Assembly: GCF_036321535.1 (NCBI RefSeq)
Contig: NC_087437.1
Span: forward strand, 114,950,001 to 115,010,000
DNA: 60,000 nt
Reading direction: 5' to 3'
Source: Camelus dromedarius
Lineage: Eukaryota
Of this stretch, positions 48,321 to 60,000 are shown in pieces (positions within the stretch are counted from its first letter, which is position 1; the number at the start of each line of letters is the position of its first letter). The position numbers and the translations under genes were made by a program. The notes beneath the pieces were generated by a model. That model was not told the DNA's origin. It saw only the letters and a list, made by a program, of their open reading frames with translations, and searched no databases.

Positions 48321-50779
48321 TATCCAGTTTACACAGAGCTAGCCTGTGGGTGTCGTCCTAAGTGTCTTAAGGGCCCCAAGCCTTCCCTCTGGCTAGGGAG
48401 AGCCCTAGGAGGACCCCAGCCAGGCGTGGGGGTTCTTCCTTTGTCATTCCGCGCAGGTATCACTATCCTTCCCACCTGGGAAATCTCGAGGTCGGCGCCC
48501 AAGTACTTTGGGTTCTTCTGGTGGTGTTGTGGGGGATCCCAGGCCCATTACCGTGAGTGTGTGTGTTGAGCCAATGTGTTGGTGGTGGAGGTGGTACAGG
48601 GCCCGCTTGGGCGTTTGCTGGGGCAGACTGTGGGCCTGAAAGTATCTCGCAACCACACATCTGCGAGTCTTCACATGCTCCTTTATGCTACTTCTCACAC
48701 CACGGGATTCGATATCTCACCAGCTGTCACTATGAAGACCCAGTATTGAGATCTCAAGTACGCGTTCCCGTAACATCCGGGAAATTTGGTTTAAGAAAAG
48801 TTTGTTCCTGTTACTTGTCGGGTTTCTCCCACTTCCACTTAGCCATGTTTCTGCGATCTGGGTAATCCCTTTCAAGCCTGGGATGAATTCTCCCGGGTCC
48901 ATAATTGAGGATCGGAAATCGTGGGGGTGAGGGAAGTATTAAATCCTCCCGAAGCCAGGAAGGTGCCTGAGCGCACTCAGGGGCCGCCTGCGCAAGCGGC
49001 GGCGGGGCCCACCCAGCAGTCCCTTCCCCCGTGGAGTCCTTTCTCCCAGAAGCCTGGAGACAACTGTCCGCGCATCCCAGTGGGGGATCCCGGCAGGGAA
49101 GCCGGCTGGCCCCTTGCGTTTGGGCACTGCGAACCAGAGCCGCTCATCAGCAGCCCCGCCCGATCCTCTGCGCGCACTTCTGAAAACAGGAAAGTGCCCT
49201 TGGATCCGAAACTCCAAGGGAAAAGTGCTGGTTCCTTCGTGAGCCCAGCGTTTGGTGGGAGTCGCCAACTTCAGAGCTCGCGCGGTTTCTGGGTTTCGGA
49301 GCACCAGCCCTGCGAGCAAGGTTACGGCTCATGGGCTTATGGGTTCCGCAGTGCGCCCAGGCAGGTGAGGTCCGAGCCAAGGTCTGTACACACTGTCCCG
49401 CCCACCGACGGAGCTACTATGCCTCCAACGCCATTGAACTTCTGACCTTCAAAAGGGTCCCTGGAAAAGGTCAGGAGCACCTGCTGCAGACAAGGTGGCC
49501 GTAGGCCAGGCTCTCCCAACTCCCGGAGGCAAGTACCGGGTCATTGTCCCGCAGTGAGTTGGGGAGCAGCAGGCTCCTCCCGGTCCGGGAAAAGAGAACG
49601 AGAAGGCACCAAGAACCAAGACCCTAGCGCCAGCCTCGGGGCTCCAGCGTCTCACCTCCCGCGCTGTTCTCCAGATCAGGTCCCCCACAGCCTTACAACC
49701 TCGGCACATGGCCAAGAGACCCCAGGACCCCTTGCCCTGCGTCCTCTGTGGCTGCCCTCTGACCCTGCGCGCCAGGAAGTCTGAGTCCTCCCAGCTCATG
49801 CGACCACGCAGCGTCTGGAGCACCGCGTCTGGAGACTTCTAGAAGGGATGGGGGTTTGTGCGACCCCCATGGCCGGGGTAGCGTGGAGGACCCTCTGGGG
49901 TTGCAGGCGCAGAATCGGGGTGGGGTTGGGTACAAGAGGACTCGAGGTCCAGTGTAGCCCAGAGGGAAAAGTGCTGGAACTTCCTACGGCCGACTGCATC
50001 TCCAACTACCCTTCCCTACTCCAACTGCTTCCTGCCGCCATCATCTTGGCCATCACCAATGCCCGTCCAGTGACTCTCGCTCGGTGCCCCTCTCCCTGAA
50101 GCCCCAGCCCCTGCCGCGCTTCCCAGAAATTCCGGCTGCTCTGGGTTGCGCTTCAGGAGCGAGTGCAATTGGGCTCTGTTCCCACCGCTGGCCGGGACCA
50201 AGCCTCTCCGGTAGCTTCGGCTCCCCTGTCTTCTCTCTCCGTCCGACCCGAGCGTCCCCGCGGCCTCCAGCCCCCGCGGGGAAGGCTCCAATCTCCTTTC
50301 GTTCTCCTGTTTCCAGGAGAGAAAGGGCAGGAGGGTCACCTCCGAGACTCACTCGCGCTGTTTCCCTAAGCGGGGGCGGGGGGTGGGGGTTCCTTTCCCT
50401 CTGCCCCACCCCACCCCCTTTCGGCTCTCGGGCCTGCGAACTGCGGAGAGTGAGGGTGCGGGGCCTGCGCGGGCTCGGAGGGCTCAGTCCTCCTCCGCAG
50501 GGCACTTTGGCTGCTCCAGCTGGGTACCTGCCCCGGAGCCACAGAAGAGGTCTCGGCAGCGCTTCCTCCTTCCCTTCCTCCTTCGCCCCTCCCCGCCGCT
50601 TATCCTAGCGCCCAGGTCCAGAGACCCACTCGCCGGAGCTGGCTGCCGCCGCACGCCGTGTGCACTCACCGCGACTTCCTCGAGGCCGGGAGCGCGCAGA
50701 TCTCTCCTGGGAGAGTCCCTGGAGGCAGCGACTCGGAAGCGCGCCTGTGACTCCGGGGCCGCGGCGGGGTCGGGAGGCG

Positions 50780-50920
50780 AGATTCGCTGCCCCCGCCCCC
50801 GCCGCGGTCCCTCCCCCCTTCCTGCCCCCCCTCCCCGGGCCACCGAGGCCGAGTGCTCCGCCCGAAGGCGGGTCCGCCATAAACAAACGCGGCTCGGTCG
50901 CACGTGGACGGCGGAGCTGC
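50780..50920 (+). promoter_or_regulatory. Probable SIM2 core/proximal promoter
   Basis: Tandem GC boxes (CCCCGCCCCCGCC) and C-runs at about 50790-50836, a lone AT-rich CATAAACAAA at 50878-50887 in otherwise very GC-rich DNA, and a CACGTG E-box at 50901-50906. TSS position is inferred. Confidence 0.55.
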
Positions 50921-51038
50921 TGCGCCTCGCGACAGATCGCAGGCTCCGGGCGCCGCGTCTCCAGGCACAGGGAACCGCCAGGAAGGGCAGGAGAGCTCCC
51001 GGGCCAGGCCCCAGCCGCCTCCGCTCCCCTCCCGCTCC

Positions 51039-51125
51039 ATGGCTCCGCAGCCGCCGCCTCCTGTGCCGCCCTCCAGTCCGGAGGGGCCTCGCGGCAGCGG
51101 GTACAAACACCAGGTCAAGGACTAA
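51039..51125 (+). other. Candidate 28-aa upstream ORF in the SIM2 5' leader
   Basis: ATG at 51039 (tccATGG) reads MAPQPPPPVPPSSPEGPRGSGYKHQVKD to TAA at 51123-51125. It is only a uORF if transcription starts upstream of 51039. Confidence 0.45.
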
Positions 51126-51491
51126 ACAGCACTGCCGCCTCCTCGCTGGCCACTCTCCACCCGCTAAGGAAAGCCGAGGCAGGAGAGACAAGGAGGAAGG
51201 AAGAGCGAGCCGAAGCAAGCGGGAAGCCGGAGCTCTGGTCGCCGCAGGACAGTCCAGCCCGGAGGAGGCTGCGCCCGGGGCGGCGGCAGGCGGAGCGCGG
51301 GGCGGTGCCGCCGGATTGAGCCGAGTTCCCGGGCTGCGGCGGCAGAGAGGCGTCCTGGTGGCCCCGGTCGGCCCCGCGCACCTGCCCGCGGCTGGCGCCC
51401 CGTACTCACCTGGCTCCCGGCGCCCCCTTCCCCATCGCCACCGCTGCAGCCAGAGCGGGGCTCCGCGGGCCTGGAGCACAGCCGGGTCTAA

Positions 51492-51731
<240 letters not shown>

Positions 51732-53929
51732 TGAGAGCCGGAGCTGGCCCGGAGGGGCCGCCTGGGTCTCCCAGCCAGGGCCAGGGCGTCTTGAGGAGGC
51801 CATGCCGGGAAACTCGGCTTCTGGTGGAGAGAGAGGCCAGGGCCTTGGTGCCGGAGGGAACAGACCATCGTCTAGCCCAGGGCTGGTAGGGCACGAACCA
51901 GGAATTGTTCCACGAGCAGACTGGTCCATTCTGGTCTGTCTTCTTTCCTTTCTTCATTTCTTTAATTCTCCTTGTATCTTTTCCTTCAAGTTCCTTTTTC
52001 CGTGGAAGGGAAGCACATCCACCCTAGGCGGAGGTGAAGGGTTCTTGCTGGTCCCAGATGGGAGAGAGTGGAGGAGTGCACCAGGAGGCCTAGGCCTTGC
52101 AGGCCCCAGTGCCCAGCAGAGCACTTGTCGGGGCAGAGGCCTCAGACTTGGGCCTCTCAGGTGGTCTCTTCTCTGCTTGCTTTTCTTGGGGCTGAGGCTC
52201 CAAGTCAGGGTGGGAGAGACAGCGCGAATAGGTGAGCCGAGATTCGGCAGGGGAGAGCAGGAGGCAGTTAGTCTGGAAGTGGCAGGCAGGCCCGAGCATA
52301 GTTTTCTTTGCTGGTTTGAAATTATAAGCCCAGAGGGGCAGGTGCCATGGTGGGCAAGAGTCGCCAGAATGCAAGGGTCCAGCAGACTGTTAAGTGGTCA
52401 GAAATGGTGGCACACTGGGTGGGCATTCCTGACCTGCACACGGCCTGGGGTGATGGTGGCTGCCAGGGCTAAGCAGCAGGGCTGGAGGAGGCCTAGTCAC
52501 AACAGTGTCCCTTTTAGTGTCCCAGGGGTTCTGAACTGATCGCCTTCCATTGTCTGTGTCCCCTGGACAGAGGGGTGTCCTTCGGCCTGGCAGGTGGGAT
52601 TCTGACACTTGTCTGGGACACTCTTCTCCAACTGGGGCCTGATGGGCACCTCCCAAGACCTGCAGGCCCAGGAGCCACTAGAGCTGTGTCAGCCTCCGGA
52701 GCCTCGGAAGCTGGCGCCCAGCACGGGACTAGGGAGACAGTTTCAGCTCCAGGGCTCAGGGAGGGTCACTGCCATGCCATGACAGGTGTCTTTCTAGTGC
52801 AGAGTGTTTCCATTAAGGCAGTCCTGGGCCAGGCGACAGATGCAAAGTCGGTAAGCTCCATCTTTGTATGGTGGGCACCCCTAAGCCTTATTTGTCTCTG
52901 GACCTTGAGCTGCCCTTCACACCACCTCCCTGGTGGAGCGAGGAGGGCCTGTCCACCAGCGCAGCCTCCAGCGCTGCAGCGCAGCCGGCTGGGGAGCTGA
53001 GCGTCGCAGGACACGGAACCAAGGGGGCCGGAAGCAGTGTCCTCTTCTTAACGCCGGTGCTTTCCAGCTGCGCTGTGCAGCCAGGCAGGCACTTTCCTCC
53101 CAGAGCAGGAGCCCGTGACCTGATCGCCAGAGTCCAGAGGTCTCAGAAGGGAAAATTCTCCCCCTTTTTAACCCCAGGCAACCGAGGTGCCCCATCCCCG
53201 CACTCCTCCCATTGGGAGCTGCAGCCTGGTAGTCGCTATACATCAGCTGTCCACCGAAGTAGAGATGGTTCCTCTCCTGCAGAAGTTTTAGCGAAAATTA
53301 AACAAGAATTAGGTTTTGTAAGGACTAAACTTGCTTCCCATTCGTGGAGGAGTCATGGTAACTGGTTTTCTCTGGTGAGCAGTTTCTTAATCCGCATCCT
53401 ACAAAGCAGGTGTGGAACCCAGACAGGGCATCGGCCTCCTCTCCTGTTCCCTTCCCACACCATTAGAAATAAAAATTACCAAAAAATGACCAGATTAAAT
53501 GATTTTTTAAAAAGTCAGAAGTTAGTAAGCGAGATCTGGAGAAAGGGGTAATTGTAAGCCATTTGGAGATTTCCAGGAAAGCTGCTAAAGATTAGGAAGT
53601 GGCAGATGTACTGCTTCTGCAGATATTTAAACTGGGTCTGTGTGTTCGAGCTCTGGGAAGCAGGTCTCCAGGCTTTGTGGTCCAGAATTGCTTGGCTCTG
53701 AGCTCGTTACAGAGGTGGGCTAGCTGGGGGTCCACCGCTAAACTCAGGGCCCCTATGCTTTGTTCCCAGTGGTGTGGTTGAGAAGTGTCTTGTGTGTCCC
53801 CTGGGGTGGCCATCGAGATTGGAATTCCAGGAGAGGTCGGGGAGAGAGCTGTTTGGCCCTAGAGTTTTGGAAATAACCCTTGACCTATGGGAGCGGATTG
53901 ATCCCAAATCGGAAAGAGGCCTGATCTTG

Positions 53930-54860
53930 CCCCCAGCACTCCTGCAGCGCTGAAGCGGGGAGTAGGCGCATTGGCCTGGAGGGTGGACAGCAGCCTCTGG
54001 GCTCCTCCCTGCGCTCAGAGGCCTGCGGCCTGCAGCTTCCCCTCAGATCAGTCTGGGACTGGAGAGTGGTCAAGCCGGGTGCCAGCGGCAGAGAAAAAGA
54101 TGAGTTTAGGAAGTCCTCAATTATGCAAAAGAACTCGCTCTCTCCTCTGGTAGCTCGAAGCGCGGGAGCGCGGAAGCAGCGCCCATAATTGATTCACCCT
54201 GTTCCCGGGAGACTCGGGTCTTCGCCGAGGAGGTGGTGCGGGGTTGGGATGGGGCCGGGAGGAGCCGCGGGGTCAGGACGCGGGCGTCAGGGAGCTTGTA
54301 GGACCAACGCGGTCCCGCGCCGCGGCGGGAGCTCCCGGATCGGCCCCTGCTCTTGGCGGCGAACGGAAAGATACCGAGCAGAACCGATGTGCCCAGCGCG
54401 GCCTCGCTTTCCATAGCCCGGGAGCGGGCGGGATCCCTGGGCGAAGAGGAGTCTAGAAGCCAAGTCAGGACTTCGGGAGTCAGAAAATGACTAGCACAGT
54501 CCGAAGGAAGCACAGGAATCGCCAGACTAACCTAACCCTTCGTCGTTGAGAAACTGAGGCCAGCGAGGGGCAGGCCTTTCCCAAGGCCCCCCGCGACGGC
54601 CCTGGGCCGGCGGTGGCTGCCCGGGCAGGAAGGCCGCTGCGCCGCAGGTTCTCCCGCCGCGCAGAGGAGGCCGTTGGCCTCGGGCCCTTTCTTTCGGAGT
54701 CCGCCTGGCAGCAGGAGAGAAAGGGGAGCTCGGAGGAGCCCCGGGGCAGGGGCAGAGAGGCGCCTGGAGCCAAAGTGGACGCTCGGCGGGAGTCCACAAG
54801 CTTAGGGGTGCCGGCAACTGAGACAGCTGATTCAAGGCGCCCCTATTCGGGCTGCCCTGC
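53930..54860. promoter_or_regulatory. Intronic CpG island (SIM2 intron 1)
   Basis: CpG-dense GC-rich stretch, e.g. CGCGGTCCCGCGCCGCGGCGGG. Confidence 0.8.
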
Positions 54861-55834
54861 TAGGCTTCTGTCTCCTTGTCTGTAAAATGGGCCTATTAGC
54901 AACTCCATCACTGTGCCTGGTTCCCGGCATCTGGTGTGAGGAAGCAGGTAATGCAAGTGTAAACCTAACATGTTTGTACTCCAGTCTCTCCTTCCTGTGA
55001 GGTCACTGCTTTTCCTGAGCCAGATGCCGCCTAAACGGTGGCTGAGGGCCCCACTTGGTGGACCTCCGAGATTCCCTGCCTGGAGTTGGAAGACACGCTG
55101 GTTTCTGGGTCCCCACATTTTCTCCCCTTTAACAGTGAACTAAGATGTGGGAGTACACAGGCAGGGAAGAGGGCAGGAGAGGAAGGCTGGCTTTGGCTGT
55201 GGCCTTGGAATTGAAAACTTAGTGAGTTAACGTGGTTGGGAGAGCCTGGTACACACAGGGCTCAGGGAAGCACTAGGGCCCGGGTTCTGCTAGCCTCTTT
55301 GCAGTGAGGCCTGTCCTTCAGGAAAGGGAGTGCTTTGGAAATGCAGAAGCACCCAGTGTCGGGGGAGTCTGTGGCTCTCTGGCCATAGCTGCATGGTGAC
55401 CATGCCAGGCAGGATGCAGGGCAAATTCTGCCATCTGGTGACCCACCCTGAGCCTCAGGAGGCAGGAGGCAGAGCTGCAGGGGCTTCATGGCCAATCACC
55501 AGAATTAAGCACCTTCCCAGGAGCCTGGGTTCCCACACTCAGCAGTGGGGTAGAGGGTGGCATCCCCTCTGGGTACTTGCACAGAAAGGGCTGGAGGAGG
55601 GACTGGCTCTGGGTCCCAGTTCAGGAATGGAGCTGGAAACTGAGGCAGACTGTGGGAAGAGAACAGAGCCCCTCTTCTCCGCTCCCTGGACCTGAAGTGA
55701 TGTGGGTGAGAGAAGCACTTTTACTCCAAAGAAGCGAAAATGTCACTCCCACACAGTAAATGGGATTGGAGGCCTGAATTATTCCAGTGTCGGGATTTGT
55801 CTGAGTTTAGATTCAGGCAGGGCCCTTCTCACCC

Positions 55835-55835
<1 letters not shown>

Positions 55836-55895
<60 letters not shown>
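55836..55895. repeat. Perfect (AC)30 microsatellite in SIM2 intron 1
   Basis: Uninterrupted AC repeat of 60 nt. Confidence 0.97.
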
Positions 55896-55897
<2 letters not shown>

Positions 55898-58800
55898 CCC
55901 TGAGTGCCCAGGGGAGGTGGGGGAGGGAGGCTGTCCTAGAAATTGTTTAGGAATGGAAATGCTTTGATTTAGAGGATTTGGTGACGAGAAACTTACCTTA
56001 AACCGATATGGGGTCACGGATTCGAGGCATTTCTCTACAGCAGCCCGAAATAATGTATTTTTTATATAGAGACTTACTTTTTAGAATAATGTGGGTTTTT
56101 ACAACCGTCTCCCCATCTCTGCGTGGAAGCCTGCCAGGCTGTGTGTGGATCCAGGGAGGGAAAGCTCACAGTCACAGAGCAGGAAGCTCAGGCATTGGTG
56201 ATGGGAACTCCAGGGATGTGGGGCCCTGGCGGTTGGGGGCTAACGGGGTACTCTAGATTCAGCCCCCAGGACCAGCCAGGGGTGGGGCGCTCGGGGTAGG
56301 GTGGAACTCGGACAAGAAGCCACTTCATACCCACCCAGGGATGCAAAAAAAAAAAAGAAGAAGAAGAAGCCTCTCGGAGGTGGCACTGGCCACGTGCACT
56401 CCCTAGTGCAGTGGGCTTAGCAGAGCCTCCATCCCAACCCTCAGGATCTAAGCATTAGGCAGTAGGGTCGTGGGGTGCTTGCATCTGTGGGCTGAACACG
56501 TACAACACTGGCCGGGACCGGCAGGGCCCGGCTGGAACCACTTCCCCTGCCTCAGTTGGGCTGAGTCAGACCTTGTTGGGTCGTCCCTACCTACCACTAC
56601 CTTCACAGTCCCTCCAGGCCTGCTATGCAGCTGTTGGTTTGGAAAAGGGCTCAATGGCCAGGCTTTTGAGGGACCCCAGAGACAAAAAAGCATTCCAAGG
56701 TCAGAGGTGGACTAAAATGCCACCGTTTTAGATGCCCAGGGTTACCCTTGGGAAAGTGTGAGAACCCCTATCCATCCTGGAAATTCTTACCCAAGTCTAG
56801 ACCCCAGGGCTGAGACCTGCTGGTCACTGGCCATAGCGAGTCCTGCTTCTGGGTCCAGAGGAAGAAGCAAACCCAGCTAGCTTCCTCCTTCAGGTCTCAA
56901 CTTGTGTCCCCTCATCTGAGGAGGCAACCCTATCTCACAATGAAGGAACCCCTCCACTATCTCCCTTTTGATAGCAAATCATCTTATTTGTGCGGTTTCA
57001 CGTTTATGGTTTGTGACCTGCACCTGGCTGGGGCCAAAGCACAGCACACACTCAAGAGCAGTTGCTGACTGACTAACTGAGCACGCAGAGAAGAGGGACC
57101 ATATTTAGATAGCTTCTGTGGCATCAGGGCCTCGCAGGGTTTAAACCAAACAGCCAGCTGAGTGTGGGTGGGTACGAGGTGCAGGCACATACAAACTTTC
57201 GAAGGCAGAGGGGGAAAGGGACACCTGGCTTGCTTTCCCTATGGCCTAGTGGTTGACCACCCCCTCCCCAGTGACCTGGCCATCTGGATTCCCAGTAGCG
57301 GCTCAAGCAGGAGTCCAAACCCCTGCTGGAAACCAAAGGCCAGGTTTGGAACCCCCAGCTGCTCCCCTGCCGTCATTGGGGTGGGGGATGGGCTCCCAGA
57401 ATCGGGTGAGACAGATCACCAACAGCTGGTAACCTTGGAGGAGCTTAACCAAGTCTTTTCTTATACTTTCCCTCATTTCTAACAAAGTCCTTTGTTAGGT
57501 CCAGATAAGGGCCACATGCCCAGTGCCTCACTTTTTCAGGAGTATATATGGCTTTACGGTAACAGGATGATTTTTTTTTTTGTTACAAATCTTTCCTCAT
57601 TTAATCTCTACATTCAGCCTAAAGTAGATTTTTATGGGCCCAGTGGAAAGGCCTCGCCCATAGCGGTTTCTAATGGAAGAGCTGGCAGCGCCATCACCCT
57701 ATGAGGTGGCATGGGGCAGGGACGCTTGAGGGGAACTTCACCACCCACCCCCCGCTCGCTCGTACCAGGTCCAAATCTCCACTGGCAACGCGGAGGCATT
57801 AGGAAATTACAGGAAAAATTATACTGATGTAAGAGAACAGGCTCTTGAAGTATCCAGGTATTTTAATCATACGCAAAATTGTCCTGTGTAGTCAGTGCAC
57901 TCTTGCATGTGAGGCCAGAGGTCTTGGGAGACCCAGGCAGGGGAGTCTGAGGTTTGGGGGTCATTCCCAAAGGTGCAGATTTCCTCAGGTCACTCAGCCC
58001 CAGACCATGTGAGGAGATGAGGCGGGAGCAGTGCTCACTGTCTGCAGGGAGCCAGGCAAGGGTGGCTTGGCCGGAGCCAGGGGGTGGGCCCAAGAGTAGG
58101 ATAAAGGATGGTTACCAGGGTGCATTTGTCCATTTTCAGACATCAGAATTCCTGGGTCCTTGTTAAATTCTTTCTTCATTCAAGCCCCTACAGCTCTTAA
58201 ATTTTGAACCTTTCCATTTCTGGTTAAATAGAGTAAATGCCGCCACCACCAGGAGAGCCGCTTGGGTCTTGGGGAGGAAGGACCTACATGAGAGCCAGTC
58301 ATCCTGTACTGTGGTCACTGTGGTCATCCTTGGGAGTGGGTTAGGGTGGGCAGTGATTTCCTAGGGTTAAGAGAGATCTCCGTTCTCCTGGTGGAGTCTG
58401 GTGATAGGGGACTGCAGTCATATTTGGGGAATCGGAATGTGTGGAAATTAGCCACGTCCTTATGGGGATACAGGATAAACCCCTTATTCTAGAAGCCCAG
58501 GAGGAGAATTAAAGGTCATTTCTTTTTCAGTTGCAGAATAGAGTTTGCCAAGAAGGATCTCCAAAGCCTTTCCTGGGGCCATGGGCCTGGAGGTGCCCTG
58601 GGCCTGTGCACACCTCCACGCTGAGGGTGCGTTTTCTGCCTGCTGGAGTCAAGGGCTCCAGAAGCTTCGACGCCCAAGGCACCTTCAGGGACAGTGGGGA
58701 GACCCAGGGTGCCTGCGTGACACTCTTCAGGAACCCACTAACCGCCCACCTGGAGGGCTTCTGGGTCCTGGGAGTACTCCTCGGATTTGGCGTGGTTGGG

Positions 58801-58979
58801 CGAGGTCCCCAGTCCAGCGTGTTCTGCTCTGGTCTCTGGTCCCGCATTCCCGGGGAGCAGCGGGCAGGGGACTGTTATGACCTGCACTTCTGGTGGGAAG
58901 GGAGACGGACAAGCCAGCTGGACCCTTAACTCACCTCACCTCACAGGGTCAAAACCTGGGATGGGAAGCACAGAGTGGG

Positions 58980-59600
58980 CCTAGAGCCCGGGGGCGGGGC
59001 GTTCTCCGCGGGAGTAGGGGGTGGATGCTGACACCGCGGCCACCAGCCTTTGCCACCTCGCGCCGGAGCCTCGGGCTCACTGGAGAGTTTCGGGTCAGGC
59101 CCCCAGCAGAAGGACTGATTCCAGGGAGCGGCTGGGGTTTCTCCCGACGGGGGCTTAGCGCTGCAATCTCACTCGGCTTTCCTACTTCCTCCTGAACGTG
59201 CAGAGAAAAGCCTGGGATCTCCGGGGTCACAACAGCTGAGTCGAGGGTGCAAGGGAGGGATGTTCTGCTGAGCAGGACCGTCTTTCCCTCGGTGCACTTT
59301 CTGCAACACTGGCGGACCTCAGGGAGGTGGTAGGGAGCAACAGGAGGCCTTGGGAGGACACTTAAGAAGCGCAGAGGCTGTGAGACCCCCAACTATGTGA
59401 CAACAAACACTTCCTAGTTTCCTTCACGTATATATGCGGCTCTCCCCGCCTACGGCCCATCCCCCGCCCCGCCGCTGGCGCGTTAGGAGTTTTTCTTCGA
59501 GAAAGCCCCCAGGTAAACCCTTCCCAGACTGTAGCTCTAGGATTAGAAGAGGATCCGGCGCTCCTGGGGCGCCAGTGAAGGCTGGAGAGTTTGAGGAGGT
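58980..59600. promoter_or_regulatory. Intronic CpG-rich block with GC boxes
   Basis: GGGGCGGGGC and CCCCGCCCCGCC motifs with elevated CpG. Confidence 0.55.
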
Positions 59601-60000
59601 TACAGAAGATTGAAGAAAGTTTTTTGTTTTTTTGTTTGTTTTTTTAATGCGGGAAAAGCTGCCTCTAGGATGGCGAGAGCTTTAAGTCTGGGCCTCCCTG
59701 TCTTTGGGAAAATGCACAACTGCTGGCGACTCAAGGAAGAGAGGGAGGCAGGACCCTTGGGGAAATATTTACTGGTCAAATCGATATCCCCGTTTGGCTG
59801 TGAGGGTGGCCGATTTCAAAGCAGATTAGGTTACTTTGTGGCATTTCAAATACAACGGCAATTTCAGAGCCGTGAGCACGTGGGCGACCCACGGGAGCTG
59901 GGGGCCTGGTGGGCTAAGTGCGCGGCCAGGGCGCTTGGACTCAAGGCCCCAGCGAGAATTTCTCATCTGGTCTTTCTCTTCTTAATCGAAGGCAAAGGGA

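Noticed and set aside
50484..51479. 331-aa antisense ORF over the SIM2 leader
   Set aside because: Non-ATG start and GC-composition artefact; no recognisable homology.
51802..53551. 245-aa and 227-aa ORFs in intron 1
   Set aside because: No PAS or other domain similarity and no convincing exon structure; GC-rich chance ORFs.

Overview
Mammalian genomic DNA, most likely a camelid (four short tRNA-derived vic-1-type SINEs plus cetartiodactyl-type L1 3' ends; species is inferred). The only protein-coding sequence I can support is the first coding exon of the bHLH-PAS gene SIM2 (51513-51687, + strand, 175 coding nt, GT donor at 51688). Intron 1 runs off the end of the window. About 1-41250 is intergenic and rich in transposon relics (L1, L2, MIR, MaLR/ERVL LTRs, hAT and mariner elements), with unique blocks dense in homeodomain, POU, TCF and bHLH-PAS motifs that look like distal enhancers. 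About 41250-60000 is nearly transposon-free and holds a chain of CpG islands around the SIM2 promoter. I see no new multi-gene system. The best leads are regulatory: two uORFs in the SIM2 leader (one whose stop overlaps the main start as ATGA), an Ala-to-Ser change after the bHLH, several palindromic motif clusters, and L1 insertions with target-site duplications and possible 3' transductions. Repeat subfamily names come from recalled consensus sequences, and their boundaries are approximate unless a TSD is given.
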